DNA of 64,000 bases from Myxococcota bacterium (GTDB lineage Bacteria; Myxococcota_A; SURF-8): the NCBI GenBank assembly GCA_963674735.2, contig CAXXQS010000002.1, forward strand, positions 704,001 to 768,000. The letters run 5' to 3'. The position numbers and the translations under genes are program-made. A model generated the notes under the pieces. That model had not been told where the DNA came from and did no database searches. It saw nothing but the letters and a program-made list of their open reading frames with translations. Shown here piece by piece: positions 44,701 to 52,997 of this stretch; the stretch's first letter is position 1, and each line of letters opens with the position of its first letter.

Positions 44701-44868
44701 GTGTCGCCTGATGGAGGCCCCAGTTGGGAAGGTCCATACGCGCCCGCCGGAGAAGATGTCAGCGCATTCGAAGCAACGTTGGCCTGCCCCGAAAACGGCG
44801 ATCTCGCGATCACATACGGTTCCATGCCCAAGGGTTTCGAGGAGATCCACTATGTCCGGCAACCCTGA
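41782..44868 (+). CDS. Large lipoprotein with BNR/Asp-box repeats (sialidase-like beta-propellers)
   Basis: Lipobox-like TCACC; six SxDxGxxW/F boxes (SYDGGQTW, SSDSGLTW, SIDYGQTF, SSDGGETW, SQDFGQSF, SPDGGPSW); TGATG overlap with the upstream gene. Confidence 0.82.
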   Translation: MMQPITNTRFSLTRCSQLFLLTLVALTCACCSDSHTRVPDPDGDAETLISPIESLQVEGDRGDINLLITTPADTAPIIDLQLEWRLSEQAWQPAGKLVIPAGGIPPRAQATLIWYSAIDLLGQQADVDLRLTPILDDGPHLPIVLSSIHIDNTFSDQEARLDANRPTPIWSSSPALSKTDSGALALVWLDGRFGGLDVMSAVSYDGGQTWGDTDYRLSTPAAAPATGPLAIPLTNGRTFVFWCSLENHSRRLLANVLKPNGQPQYNVPFSVSPELSELDKLLDADAQAAGDGATVAWADDHTGALRVYTATSADLDRGMGETIALSPLEDMDIEDAAPSLAVMDNVQHVVWRRSGDGCAIRHRQSSDSGLTWSDNEAVIIYPSEQISANGHGFSICIMQPKLLTFPDAIPRVVYVSPEADHPGIMMVQRNEDGAWTAPTTLSDLTAMPTESLATAQSSTGVTALAWMDRRHDVYDIYAILIDAKGEPLGPEIRLDSGFLDDNQMSYFPSISFGSGRFTFMWRDVDLETLQTSLWTATLALDGTATPAVKLVDEEEVTELVGNYDLATQSSVSLFAFDDFRRGPSGLHLLRLSDDDGLQELADRHPSDDLLPNGHAIFPVMAGDDGSFSIAWVGIHMGYIQAETTEIRSDRSSGTVSVLPGQLADQDTRAVRLARDSNGDRHFLFERDSENGSQVFHVSRSVKKGWSAPILLNVTDQGALGYRDAQLVSFPDMPRLGAAWIDTRNGRNGLFWRGFAPGSLWQTEQQLNDGLALDGGLVTVSSFQVESAASGLVAAAWLGASQGVYALYVRSSIDYGQTFETTDRLVMRDVGSDTVYDFAITHTGLMVLAIATESPGDQRGIFFVRSSDGGETWDDSARSVVVGDRDWQEPSLLLTSDGRLTITFWDVDENTNQSHFYVVHSQDFGQSFGEHQHLTSIDGTGGGQHLVQLCERPNRQRALLLQDEEREQARLHLYVSPDGGPSWEGPYAPAGEDVSAFEATLACPENGDLAITYGSMPKGFEEIHYVRQP

Positions 44869-45622
44869 CATTTCCTATTCTTACCGTCCCGTTATCGGAT
44901 TAACATGTTCACTATGGGCACAAAAGGAGGAGTGGATTCATCAGGAAGGCCGCAGCTTCGATCATCTCAAGCGTGAGTATTATCAGCTGATCGAAGCACG
45001 CGGAGGCATTCCACTGCTGCTGCCGAATGTGGAACAAACGGACACGCTTCAAGCCTTTCTTGATCTGATCGACGGCCTCTTGCTGTCCGGAGGCGATGAT
45101 GTCGATCCTATTTTCTACAATGAACCCAACCGCTACACCCGGTCCATCATTCACCCGCAGCGCGACCTCGTTGAGCTAACTCTGGCTCAAGCGGCCGCGA
45201 AACGCTTCATGCCGGTACTCGGCATTTGTCGGGGTATCCAGACGTTGAACGTGGCCTTCGGTGGTAACCTTTGGCAAGATACGTCCTTGCGACCCGGCAC
45301 CCAGGCGCATGCCTCCGGCACTCCCTTCGAACCGCTGTTTCACGATGTCACGCTCCATGCCGGAACCGAACTCGCCCGCGTGCTCGATACCGACCGTCTT
45401 CGCGTGACCAGTGTGCATCACCAGCACCTCAAGGATCTTGCACCCGGTTTCGTCGCTTCCGCAACGGCGCCGGACGGCATTATCGAAGGCATCGAGATCA
45501 TCGACGAAAGTCAATTCCTGCTAGGTGTCCAATGGCATCCCGAGTCGGAACCCGGCCAACTCGCCTCTCAAAAACTTTTAGATGCCTTTATCCAGCGCGC
45601 GGCAAACTATCATCGAAGATAA
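44852..45622 (+). CDS. Peptidase C26 / gamma-glutamyl-GABA hydrolase-family glutamine amidotransferase
   Basis: RPVIGLT, GLLLSGGDDVDP, LGICRGIQ, SVHHQ, GVQWHPE. Confidence 0.92.
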   Translation: MSGNPDISYSYRPVIGLTCSLWAQKEEWIHQEGRSFDHLKREYYQLIEARGGIPLLLPNVEQTDTLQAFLDLIDGLLLSGGDDVDPIFYNEPNRYTRSIIHPQRDLVELTLAQAAAKRFMPVLGICRGIQTLNVAFGGNLWQDTSLRPGTQAHASGTPFEPLFHDVTLHAGTELARVLDTDRLRVTSVHHQHLKDLAPGFVASATAPDGIIEGIEIIDESQFLLGVQWHPESEPGQLASQKLLDAFIQRAANYHRR

Positions 45623-45714
45623 AATCGCAACGACGTTTTATTGCATTTCTCGTCGTTGCAAGCTAAGCTTGAAACACCGTGAGCGAAGTTTTTCACAGAC
45701 CGACGGGAACGATC

Positions 45715-46704
45715 ATGCGTTTAATCATCATTCTGGTTGCCCTTCTTTTCCTTGGTTCGATTGCCCTTACACTGGCAACTTTCTGGCCTGAAATCAGCGG
45801 TCCTTCAGAAGAAAAGCCGTTACAAACCCAGCCGAAACAGATTCAAAATAAACCCCTATCCGACAATACAACGGCGCCGACATCACCGAAAGAGCCTTTC
45901 GATCCGGCAAAACGCGACACTTATACACAACGGGATGGAGCTGATTTCATTCTTGCGGCCGAAAGAGCCTACTACGATGCAGCCTCAGAGGATCCCAAAT
46001 CTCAGTTCACCATTGCGAAGCTGCTCGACCTTTGCAAAGCGCGCGCGCAGTTCGACCACCCGGCTCAGGTCGATTGTTTCAATCGTTTTTTCGATCTTGC
46101 AGGGGAAGTGGAGATCGATCCGGTGCTCAATCTCACCGCTTACAGATGGCGCACCATGATGGCGGTCAAGCATAAAAACAAGCGAGATGCCAACTTTTAT
46201 CTGGAGCAGTTGCTCGAACTCGAACCGCCCATGCTTCTGCGCGGCAAGGTATCGACCCCCATGCAAGCGTGGACGCAGTACATACGTGCTCTCACCCTCG
46301 ATATGAATGGTCAGTACAATGAGGCATTAAAGGCGATTGCGTTCTCCATCGAACTCTATGATGCAAGTGGAGAAAAAGACCCAGGAATCTACTACGACAA
46401 CTACCTGCAAAAAGCGGATATTTACGATCACATGCAAAAACCGGGGGAAGCGGTCAAGGTTCGCTTTGAATTGGTCACGATCCTGGAGCAAACCCTCGGA
46501 CAGATCCACCCCGACATCGCCATGGTACGCCTGCTGAATATCAAATCCCTCCTTGCCAACGGCGACAAAGAAAAAGCTCGTAGCGAGTGGGATTACGTCA
46601 ATAACGTCATCGGGCGGATTTTCCCGAAAAAACTACCACCGGAAATCAACAAAATTTTCGGCGAATTGATCGTCTTGCTCGACATGAATCAGCTGAATCC
46701 CTGA
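45715..46704 (+). CDS. Membrane-anchored TPR-like protein
   Basis: N-terminal TM helix; helical repeats; LEQTLGQIHPDIA resembles kinesin-light-chain-type TPR. Confidence 0.65.
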   Translation: MRLIIILVALLFLGSIALTLATFWPEISGPSEEKPLQTQPKQIQNKPLSDNTTAPTSPKEPFDPAKRDTYTQRDGADFILAAERAYYDAASEDPKSQFTIAKLLDLCKARAQFDHPAQVDCFNRFFDLAGEVEIDPVLNLTAYRWRTMMAVKHKNKRDANFYLEQLLELEPPMLLRGKVSTPMQAWTQYIRALTLDMNGQYNEALKAIAFSIELYDASGEKDPGIYYDNYLQKADIYDHMQKPGEAVKVRFELVTILEQTLGQIHPDIAMVRLLNIKSLLANGDKEKARSEWDYVNNVIGRIFPKKLPPEINKIFGELIVLLDMNQLNP

Positions 46705-46710
46705 CGATCC

Positions 46711-48891
46711 TCATCCCTTGATCGCCAAGCGCCCCACCTTGACCCGATCGGTGCCGTCGTTCGGCCCCACCGTAACCTGCAAGCGCTGAGGCCCTTTGAA
46801 GAACCCGATAAAAAGCTCCATCCGCCCGTTGCTCATGTTATGGGGGATGCGTCCCTGCCAAACATCTTGAATGATTTGACCGGGCTTCCAGCGATCGGTC
46901 GGGTAATAGCCTTTTCCGGGCGTATGATCGCCATTGAGCCGACCGCCCCCCAAAGGCGCATCGCCATGAATGAAGATAGAATAGTCGTCGCTCACGGATT
47001 GGAGCACTTTGAAGTAAAACGTCAGCGTTACCGACTCCCCGGGCCGATAGGATTCCTTGTCGCTGGCCCATCCCAGCAGTTGAATTTTATCTTCCCACTG
47101 AGCTTTCATGGGCTGTGGAATGATCGGAACCTGGTCGAGCACCACACCTTTTGATTTCTCCGGTATTCCTTCCGGCTTCTCCGTAGCCACCAGATAAGTA
47201 AACGGATGATCGCTGTTGACGATATACAACTCGCGTTGATTTTCCTTCTTGACCCGATCGCGGAGTTTTGAATAAACATTGCGATCCACCATGCAGAACA
47301 ATTTTCCCGGTCGGGCAAAAAACCGTTTGGTGGTGCCTTGCTTGCGCGAATTCAGATAGACGGATTTGTTCTTGAAGTAGTAGGATACGCTTCGACGCTC
47401 CCAGCTGTGGTACTCGCAGACCGGCTCGTCGTTGGTAGCCGCCTCCTGGTAAGCCTGCCACAACATCTTTTGGGAAAATGTATCGGCCAACCGCGGCAAA
47501 AGCCAGGTATTGCAAAACAAGGTAAACGCCATGGCGGCAACCATCAAACCCGTCAAACTGACCCACCCCATCTTGCGCCTGACGAGTGGCCATCCTAAAG
47601 CGACACCCATGGGAATGAAGAAGGCATACAAATACGGTCGCGGATTGACGCTGGTCGGTAGCGCGCGATCGTAATAGTAAATGAACAGGTGGATCAGATG
47701 CTTGTAGTGAGTCACCAGATCCTTGGCTAGAATGATGAAGATGAAAAGCGCCAGTAACGCTTCCAGTCGGTACTCGGATTTTTGCGGACTGGTCAGCAAC
47801 CGCGCCAAGTAAGCCCCGATGATAAGCGCCATAAAAGGCACCACCGGGAAGATGTAGTGATTGAACTTGGTGGAACTGAGTGAGAAAAAGATATAAGGCA
47901 TGGCAAAACACAGAAAGACCATCAGGTATCTCCGGCCCTTACCGATCAGGTCCGCACTTCGCCAACTGAGAAACCGCAGCACGGCCATCGGAAACAGGGC
48001 CGACCACGGGAAGGTGGCATAGAAAATCTGTTGCACGTATAGATCGAAGGTATTGTTGGGCTTTTTGATCAGCCCTGCAGCGCGTTCGAAATGATGATAG
48101 ATGAAAAATTCTTTGGCGTAGGACATCCCGAATTTGGCGGTCATGAAAACGAACCAAGGCGCGGCCAAAGCAAAGAAAATCAACAATCCGCGTCCGAAAC
48201 GCATGCGCTTGAGCACCGACCAGTCCCAGGATATGAAAATATAGCCCCCCACCACAGAAGCCGGCAGGACGACGGCGAGTAGACCTTTGGACAACATCGC
48301 CAAAGCCGAAAAAGCCCAAAAGGCATAGATCCAACGCGAACGCTTCGAATCGGTATGGAGTCCGAGAAGCAAACACCCGAAGGCAGTTGTCTGAAACACG
48401 ACATACGGCATATCGAAAATGGCCTGACGCGCAATAAAGAACCATTGCGGCGATGTCATCAAAACCAAGGTCGCCAGCCAACCGGTACGCCAATCGAACA
48501 GGCGCAGAGCTACGAAATTGAAAGCCAACAAACCGAAAAGACTCACTAGAACGATCGGCAAGCGCGCGGTAAACTCACTCTGCCCGAAAACCTGGAAAGA
48601 CGTTTTGTAGAGCCAAAGAGGCAAAATCGGCTTGGAAAACCAGCGATTGCCGTTCCGATAATGTGGAACCAGCGAGTCACCGGCATCGTTCATTTCCATG
48701 GCCACCTGAGAGTAATGCGGTTCCCAAGGATCCCAAAGAGCGTACGAACCCAAAGAAGGAAGATAAAGAGCCAATCCAATTACGACAATCAACAGGCTCA
48801 GCGCCACATCTCGCCGCAACCAGAAAGGCAACGTCCGTTCCCGATTTTCATCGTCCCATTCACGCCAGAACCGCCAACCATTCCGAGTCAT
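46711..48891 (-). CDS. ArnT/PMT-family (GT-C) glycosyltransferase with C-terminal Ig-like domain
   Basis: LWDPWEPHY, FSKPIL, EFTARLP, LSKG, PWF..M, STKFNHYIFP; C-terminal IQLLGW..PTDRWKPG. Confidence 0.88.
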   Translation of the reverse strand: MTRNGWRFWREWDDENRERTLPFWLRRDVALSLLIVVIGLALYLPSLGSYALWDPWEPHYSQVAMEMNDAGDSLVPHYRNGNRWFSKPILPLWLYKTSFQVFGQSEFTARLPIVLVSLFGLLAFNFVALRLFDWRTGWLATLVLMTSPQWFFIARQAIFDMPYVVFQTTAFGCLLLGLHTDSKRSRWIYAFWAFSALAMLSKGLLAVVLPASVVGGYIFISWDWSVLKRMRFGRGLLIFFALAAPWFVFMTAKFGMSYAKEFFIYHHFERAAGLIKKPNNTFDLYVQQIFYATFPWSALFPMAVLRFLSWRSADLIGKGRRYLMVFLCFAMPYIFFSLSSTKFNHYIFPVVPFMALIIGAYLARLLTSPQKSEYRLEALLALFIFIILAKDLVTHYKHLIHLFIYYYDRALPTSVNPRPYLYAFFIPMGVALGWPLVRRKMGWVSLTGLMVAAMAFTLFCNTWLLPRLADTFSQKMLWQAYQEAATNDEPVCEYHSWERRSVSYYFKNKSVYLNSRKQGTTKRFFARPGKLFCMVDRNVYSKLRDRVKKENQRELYIVNSDHPFTYLVATEKPEGIPEKSKGVVLDQVPIIPQPMKAQWEDKIQLLGWASDKESYRPGESVTLTFYFKVLQSVSDDYSIFIHGDAPLGGGRLNGDHTPGKGYYPTDRWKPGQIIQDVWQGRIPHNMSNGRMELFIGFFKGPQRLQVTVGPNDGTDRVKVGRLAIKG

Positions 48892-48904
48892 TCTACAACC
48901 TCTT

Positions 48905-49705
48905 TCAGGGCGTCGCCGCGCCCGCTTCCGTCCGCTGTCCAGTTACAGACGCCGCCGCATCCGGACTCGCTTCTGGAGACTTCATATTTCCCAACAATTT
49001 TATTATATTATCGTTTGTTAAAAGAGCCTGAAAATCGGGGTCACGCATAACGTCCCAAACCCGCCCCCCCCGAATATCTTCCATCAGAGATTCGTTCTCC
49101 ACCACTTTGCGAAACGCGGGTGATCGGGTGATTTCCTTGACCGCCGGATCCTTCATTACGCTCTTTTTGCGTTCCTTGTCGGCTGAAGCGTCAGCTAAAT
49201 CGGCCAGCTTCCGAGCGGTATCCGGCGTTAGACGATCTCCGATCGCAGAACGTTCCAAAGCTTGGCAAATCAACGATTCACGTACTAAATCAAGGGTTTC
49301 AGGACGATAACGATAAACCTGTTCCTTAACCAGCCCGAACAGGATGAACAACAGAACGACAATCAAAGCTCCCTTGGCCAGCCCGAGGACAAACCCCAAG
49401 TAGCGGTCCCAACCCTCCACCGTCTCCGACCCGGCATGAACCGTTCGAACAAATAGCTTGCCGATGAAAAGTAAGATCAGATAGAGAACCAACCAAACGG
49501 CAACCAGAGCTGGAAACTGTGCGATTTCACGCGACTGCCCCAGTTGTTCCTGCACAAAACCCAGCACGATGGGACGTGACCAGAGCGTTCCCAGATACGC
49601 CAACACCAAGGCCGCAAGTTTGACAATCTGCGCCAACCCCCCGGCAAAGTAGCCGAACAAGGCATACAGCAAGCAGAATCCAAGAATAACGGCATCCAGA
49701 GCCAT
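48905..49705 (-). CDS. CvpA-family membrane protein with C-terminal extension
   Basis: LD.VIL..ALFGYFAG, WDRYLGFVLGLAKG, S.I. Confidence 0.8.
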   Translation of the reverse strand: MALDAVILGFCLLYALFGYFAGGLAQIVKLAALVLAYLGTLWSRPIVLGFVQEQLGQSREIAQFPALVAVWLVLYLILLFIGKLFVRTVHAGSETVEGWDRYLGFVLGLAKGALIVVLLFILFGLVKEQVYRYRPETLDLVRESLICQALERSAIGDRLTPDTARKLADLADASADKERKKSVMKDPAVKEITRSPAFRKVVENESLMEDIRGGRVWDVMRDPDFQALLTNDNIIKLLGNMKSPEASPDAAASVTGQRTEAGAATP

Positions 49706-49885
49706 GAAACGGAACTCCCATGAAAAAGTTGCGTCATGGTAGCGAGAGATCTGCGGAAAGTCAATTGTGCAACACCCTAAAAACACTCGCTTGACGCCAC
49801 ACGCCACCAAGGCTACACTCGCAACGGCGGTATCGAAGAATAGCTGCCGGACCAACCGCTTATCTCAACAATTAAGGATGCAGCC

Positions 49886-50608
49886 ATGGCCACCAAGCCG
49901 ATCCTTCACCGACTGCTTTATTTTGCACGGGATACCGTCTGGCGGTCCTTGTTCCCGGTTTTACGCGAAAACGTACGCGGTCAGGTATTGGATGTCGGCG
50001 GTTGGGATTTTTTCACCACTGCGGTTGAAAAAGGTGTGACCTTCGAGATGTGGACCAACCTCGAACCCGACCCGGATCGCCCACTGCCGATCGAGGATCC
50101 ACGCTACAAGTTAGTCTGCGGTGATGGCTGCGCCATGCCTTTTGACGACGAAAGCTTTGATACGGTGCTGAACATCCAAGTACTGGAACATGTGCTGGAA
50201 CCCTTGGCCATGGTATCCGAATGCGCCCGCGTCCTCAAACCCGGCGGCCGCGTCGTCTTTCTCATTCCGCAAACCGGTGTGCTACACCTGGAGCCGCATC
50301 ATTACTACAATTTCACTCCGTTCTGGATCCGTCAAGCCATGGAGCGGTATGGGCTGTGCATCGAACGGCACGACCCCTTGGGCGGCGTCTGGAAAACGGA
50401 AGCTTCACACCTGTTTTATTTTTTGTATGGCCTAATCCGGCGGCGTTTGCGGTCGCCCATCGGTATCAAACGACCAGTGGCCTTTTATCTGCTTCTGCCC
50501 TTCATGAGCCTATATACCTTGCTCAACATCCCGATTTGTCTCTTTTTCGGTCTGGCCGACCTGCCGGAAGAAGCCAACAATCACTTAGTAGTTGCACGCA
50601 AGCTCTAA
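49886..50608 (+). CDS. Class I SAM-dependent methyltransferase (type 11)
   Basis: VLDVGG, MPFDDESFDTV, QVLEHV, RVLKPGG; upstream TTGACG-17-TACACT. Confidence 0.88.
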   Translation: MATKPILHRLLYFARDTVWRSLFPVLRENVRGQVLDVGGWDFFTTAVEKGVTFEMWTNLEPDPDRPLPIEDPRYKLVCGDGCAMPFDDESFDTVLNIQVLEHVLEPLAMVSECARVLKPGGRVVFLIPQTGVLHLEPHHYYNFTPFWIRQAMERYGLCIERHDPLGGVWKTEASHLFYFLYGLIRRRLRSPIGIKRPVAFYLLLPFMSLYTLLNIPICLFFGLADLPEEANNHLVVARKL

Positions 50609-50631
50609 ACGTCCGAATTCCCAAATCCAAT

Positions 50632-50660
50632 AAAAAACGCCCCCCGCAATCGAGGAGCGT
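50632..50660 (-). terminator. Rho-independent terminator
   Basis: ACGCTCCTCG-ATTG-CGGGGGGCGT followed by TTTTT on the minus strand, after the 50686 gene. Confidence 0.7.
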
Positions 50661-50685
50661 CTGAATACCGTGGAGATAAGAGCTG

Positions 50686-52743
50686 TCATTCAAGATGCAC
50701 GGGGGCTTGCCACACTCCGCTGTTGCGTGTGAAATTCCAGCGCTCGGTTTGTCCTTTCTCGGTCAGGTCCACCTGGAAGGGACCGAACGAGGGCGTATCC
50801 TCGTTGTCGATATAGATGTTGATCGTCGCGGTCGCTTCTTCTTTCCCGAGGCTGGTCAAGCACAGGTAATTGAGCGGATCGTTCACGGCATACGGGCAAT
50901 TCTCATCGAAATTGAGACGGAACTCGTAAGTGCCATCAGGCGCGTAAGCGTGGGTGACGGTCTCGGTCGTACACACCGAGGCGGAACCACAACCCATCAG
51001 GTTGATGGTGCCATAAGCGCTTGGAACCTGGCAGGTTCCCGTGCTGGCCGCGCAAACCTCCTCATTGTAAAGGTTCCCGAGTGGGATGACATACATCAAA
51101 TCCACATCGCTCAAAGCGCTGATTCCGCTATAACTCGCCTGAATACGCATGGTGGACAATCCGGCCGTGGCGGTTACCTCGACATTCTTCGGATCCGATT
51201 CATCCCCCTGCTCATCGGTCACCACCAACGAAATCAGGTAATTGCCCGCCACATCAAAGAGCAATGAAACCGTTGGCGAGGTCGTGTCGGGAATCAGGTT
51301 GGCCACCGACGCAGGCGGTTTGGTGAGATACCATTGGAAGGTCAGATTACCCGAATTTCCATCGGGATCCCGACTGATGGCCCCATAGAACGTCTTGGTG
51401 GAACCCACCGGAATTTCGAGTGGCGCACCGATGTCGGCACCGTTTTCCACCTGAGAGACACGCGCTTCGGGTTTTTCGTTGCGCGCACTCCCCTCCGCCA
51501 GAATGGGGAAGTAGAAACTGGTTCCGTTGAAATCGGTATCGACCCGCAGCTCGGCGTCGTAGTTTTCAACGGCACTGGGATTGAAGGTCAACTGAAATTC
51601 GTGATTGGCTCCGGCCGCCAAAGCAACCGGGTCCATGCCACCGGCCGATGAAGTGAAGATGGTCTGCCAGTTGTCAATGCCGGTGATCCGTAAAGAGGTG
51701 ATATTGATTTCGCCCACATCTCCTTTGTTGGAGAGCCGGACATCCAAGGGTTTCGCACCAAAAAGTGGAACCGATCCGAAGTTCAGGACGGGTGGGGTCA
51801 TGTAAATCTGGCCGATCACAGCATCGCCGCTGATCGGGACTTCGAGCACCTGACCGGCACTGTCGAGATTGGTATGGTATTCGACAACCAATTTATCGCT
51901 GTATTCACCCGCCGTTATGGGATCGAACCAGATGGTGAACGGCGACGAGGAACTCGCCGCGATGGTCAGCGGCTCGTCCTCGCTGATTTCCAATTCGTGC
52001 TCATAACTAAACGGCTGAGCGCCGTTGGATTGCATGTATACTTGGGTCACGATGATCTGGCTCGATCCGGTGCCCAGGTTGCCGATTTTAAGGCGCTTCT
52101 GGGCCGCGTGGGTACCCAAAGCTTTCTCTTCGAATTCCACCGCATCGGGATCCGAACCGATCTCGGCCTCCCCGATTTCCTTAACGGCATCGCCCGCTAA
52201 ATTCAACGTCGCCTCAGGCATGTTATCGCTATCATTCGAAATACGTAGAACTCCGGGATTCTCTCCCAGGACGATGGGCTGGAAACGGATTTTGAACGTG
52301 AAACTCTGACCCGGTTGAATGGTCGCTTCCATATAGCCGTCGAGCGACCAGGGGTTGTCCACTTGCGGTTCAGTGAAGGTCGCCTCGTAGAGGTGCATCG
52401 CCTGATTACCATCGTTGTAAATCACCACATCGGCAAAGGCCGAGTCGACCAGTTGCACTTCGCCGAAGTCCAACGTTCCGTCGGGGGTCATGCGAAAGAT
52501 GCGGGTGGGGTTGGGGTCATCGCCATCGGCCGGCAAATCGCCATCGATGGGAATACACACCTGATCCGCACCGCAAACCTCGCCGCTTGGACAATTGGAA
52601 TCCGTGGTGCAAGGGGTATCGCCATCCGCCCCATCCCCGTCGGGAGCGGTCGAGCTGCCGCCGCCGCAACCGGCCATCCATAGAGCGGCAAACGCCAAAG
52701 CCATCCAGATTAACGGACGAATACGGGTTTCGTGAGACGTCAT
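50686..52743 (-). CDS. Surface lipoprotein: Cys module, three ASH/choice-of-anchor-D Ig-like domains and a PKD-like domain
   Basis: Lipobox MAGC; CTTDSNCPSGEVC; LDFG.V..N.G repeats; SRDPDG..LTFQW..GNY.ISLVVTD. Confidence 0.8.
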   Translation of the reverse strand: MTSHETRIRPLIWMALAFAALWMAGCGGGSSTAPDGDGADGDTPCTTDSNCPSGEVCGADQVCIPIDGDLPADGDDPNPTRIFRMTPDGTLDFGEVQLVDSAFADVVIYNDGNQAMHLYEATFTEPQVDNPWSLDGYMEATIQPGQSFTFKIRFQPIVLGENPGVLRISNDSDNMPEATLNLAGDAVKEIGEAEIGSDPDAVEFEEKALGTHAAQKRLKIGNLGTGSSQIIVTQVYMQSNGAQPFSYEHELEISEDEPLTIAASSSSPFTIWFDPITAGEYSDKLVVEYHTNLDSAGQVLEVPISGDAVIGQIYMTPPVLNFGSVPLFGAKPLDVRLSNKGDVGEINITSLRITGIDNWQTIFTSSAGGMDPVALAAGANHEFQLTFNPSAVENYDAELRVDTDFNGTSFYFPILAEGSARNEKPEARVSQVENGADIGAPLEIPVGSTKTFYGAISRDPDGNSGNLTFQWYLTKPPASVANLIPDTTSPTVSLLFDVAGNYLISLVVTDEQGDESDPKNVEVTATAGLSTMRIQASYSGISALSDVDLMYVIPLGNLYNEEVCAASTGTCQVPSAYGTINLMGCGSASVCTTETVTHAYAPDGTYEFRLNFDENCPYAVNDPLNYLCLTSLGKEEATATINIYIDNEDTPSFGPFQVDLTEKGQTERWNFTRNSGVWQAPVHLE

Positions 52744-52801
52744 CGAACATCACCTTTCCGTTAGAACACACTGATCGTGGCGGTCACTACCTTGACCTAT
52801 G

Positions 52802-52830
52802 ATCATAGTATGTGCAACGGCGCGTGTCAA
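52802..52830 (-). promoter_or_regulatory. Sigma70 promoter of the 52743 gene
   Basis: TTGACA-17-TATGAT; the -10 lies within the perfect palindrome CTATGATCATAG (52797-52808). Confidence 0.65.
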
Positions 52831-52897
52831 TTTCGTTCCAGCGGTAATCGATCGAAACAAAAACCCGGGTTTGATCTCGCCGTCGGATCGGGTTCTA

Positions 52898-52926
52898 TTG
52901 ACTTTGCCCGTCACGTAAGACACAAT
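52898..52926 (+). promoter_or_regulatory. Sigma70-type promoter of the nitrogenase-like pair
   Basis: TTGACT-17-CACAAT about 70 nt upstream of TTG 52998. Confidence 0.5.
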
Positions 52927-52997
52927 CGGAGCTGTATCAGGAAAGCTATTCCATATCCAGCGCCTTTCCGGGCAACCCACAAGCGGAGCTTTGCAAT

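Noticed and set aside
44588-44851. N-terminal extension of the C26 ORF
   Set aside because: It lies inside the Asp-box gene; family similarity starts after ATG 44852
45627-45659. Inverted repeat GCAACGACG-N15-CGTCGTTGC
   Set aside because: Long loop, no T tract and a single occurrence; cannot be assigned as terminator or operator
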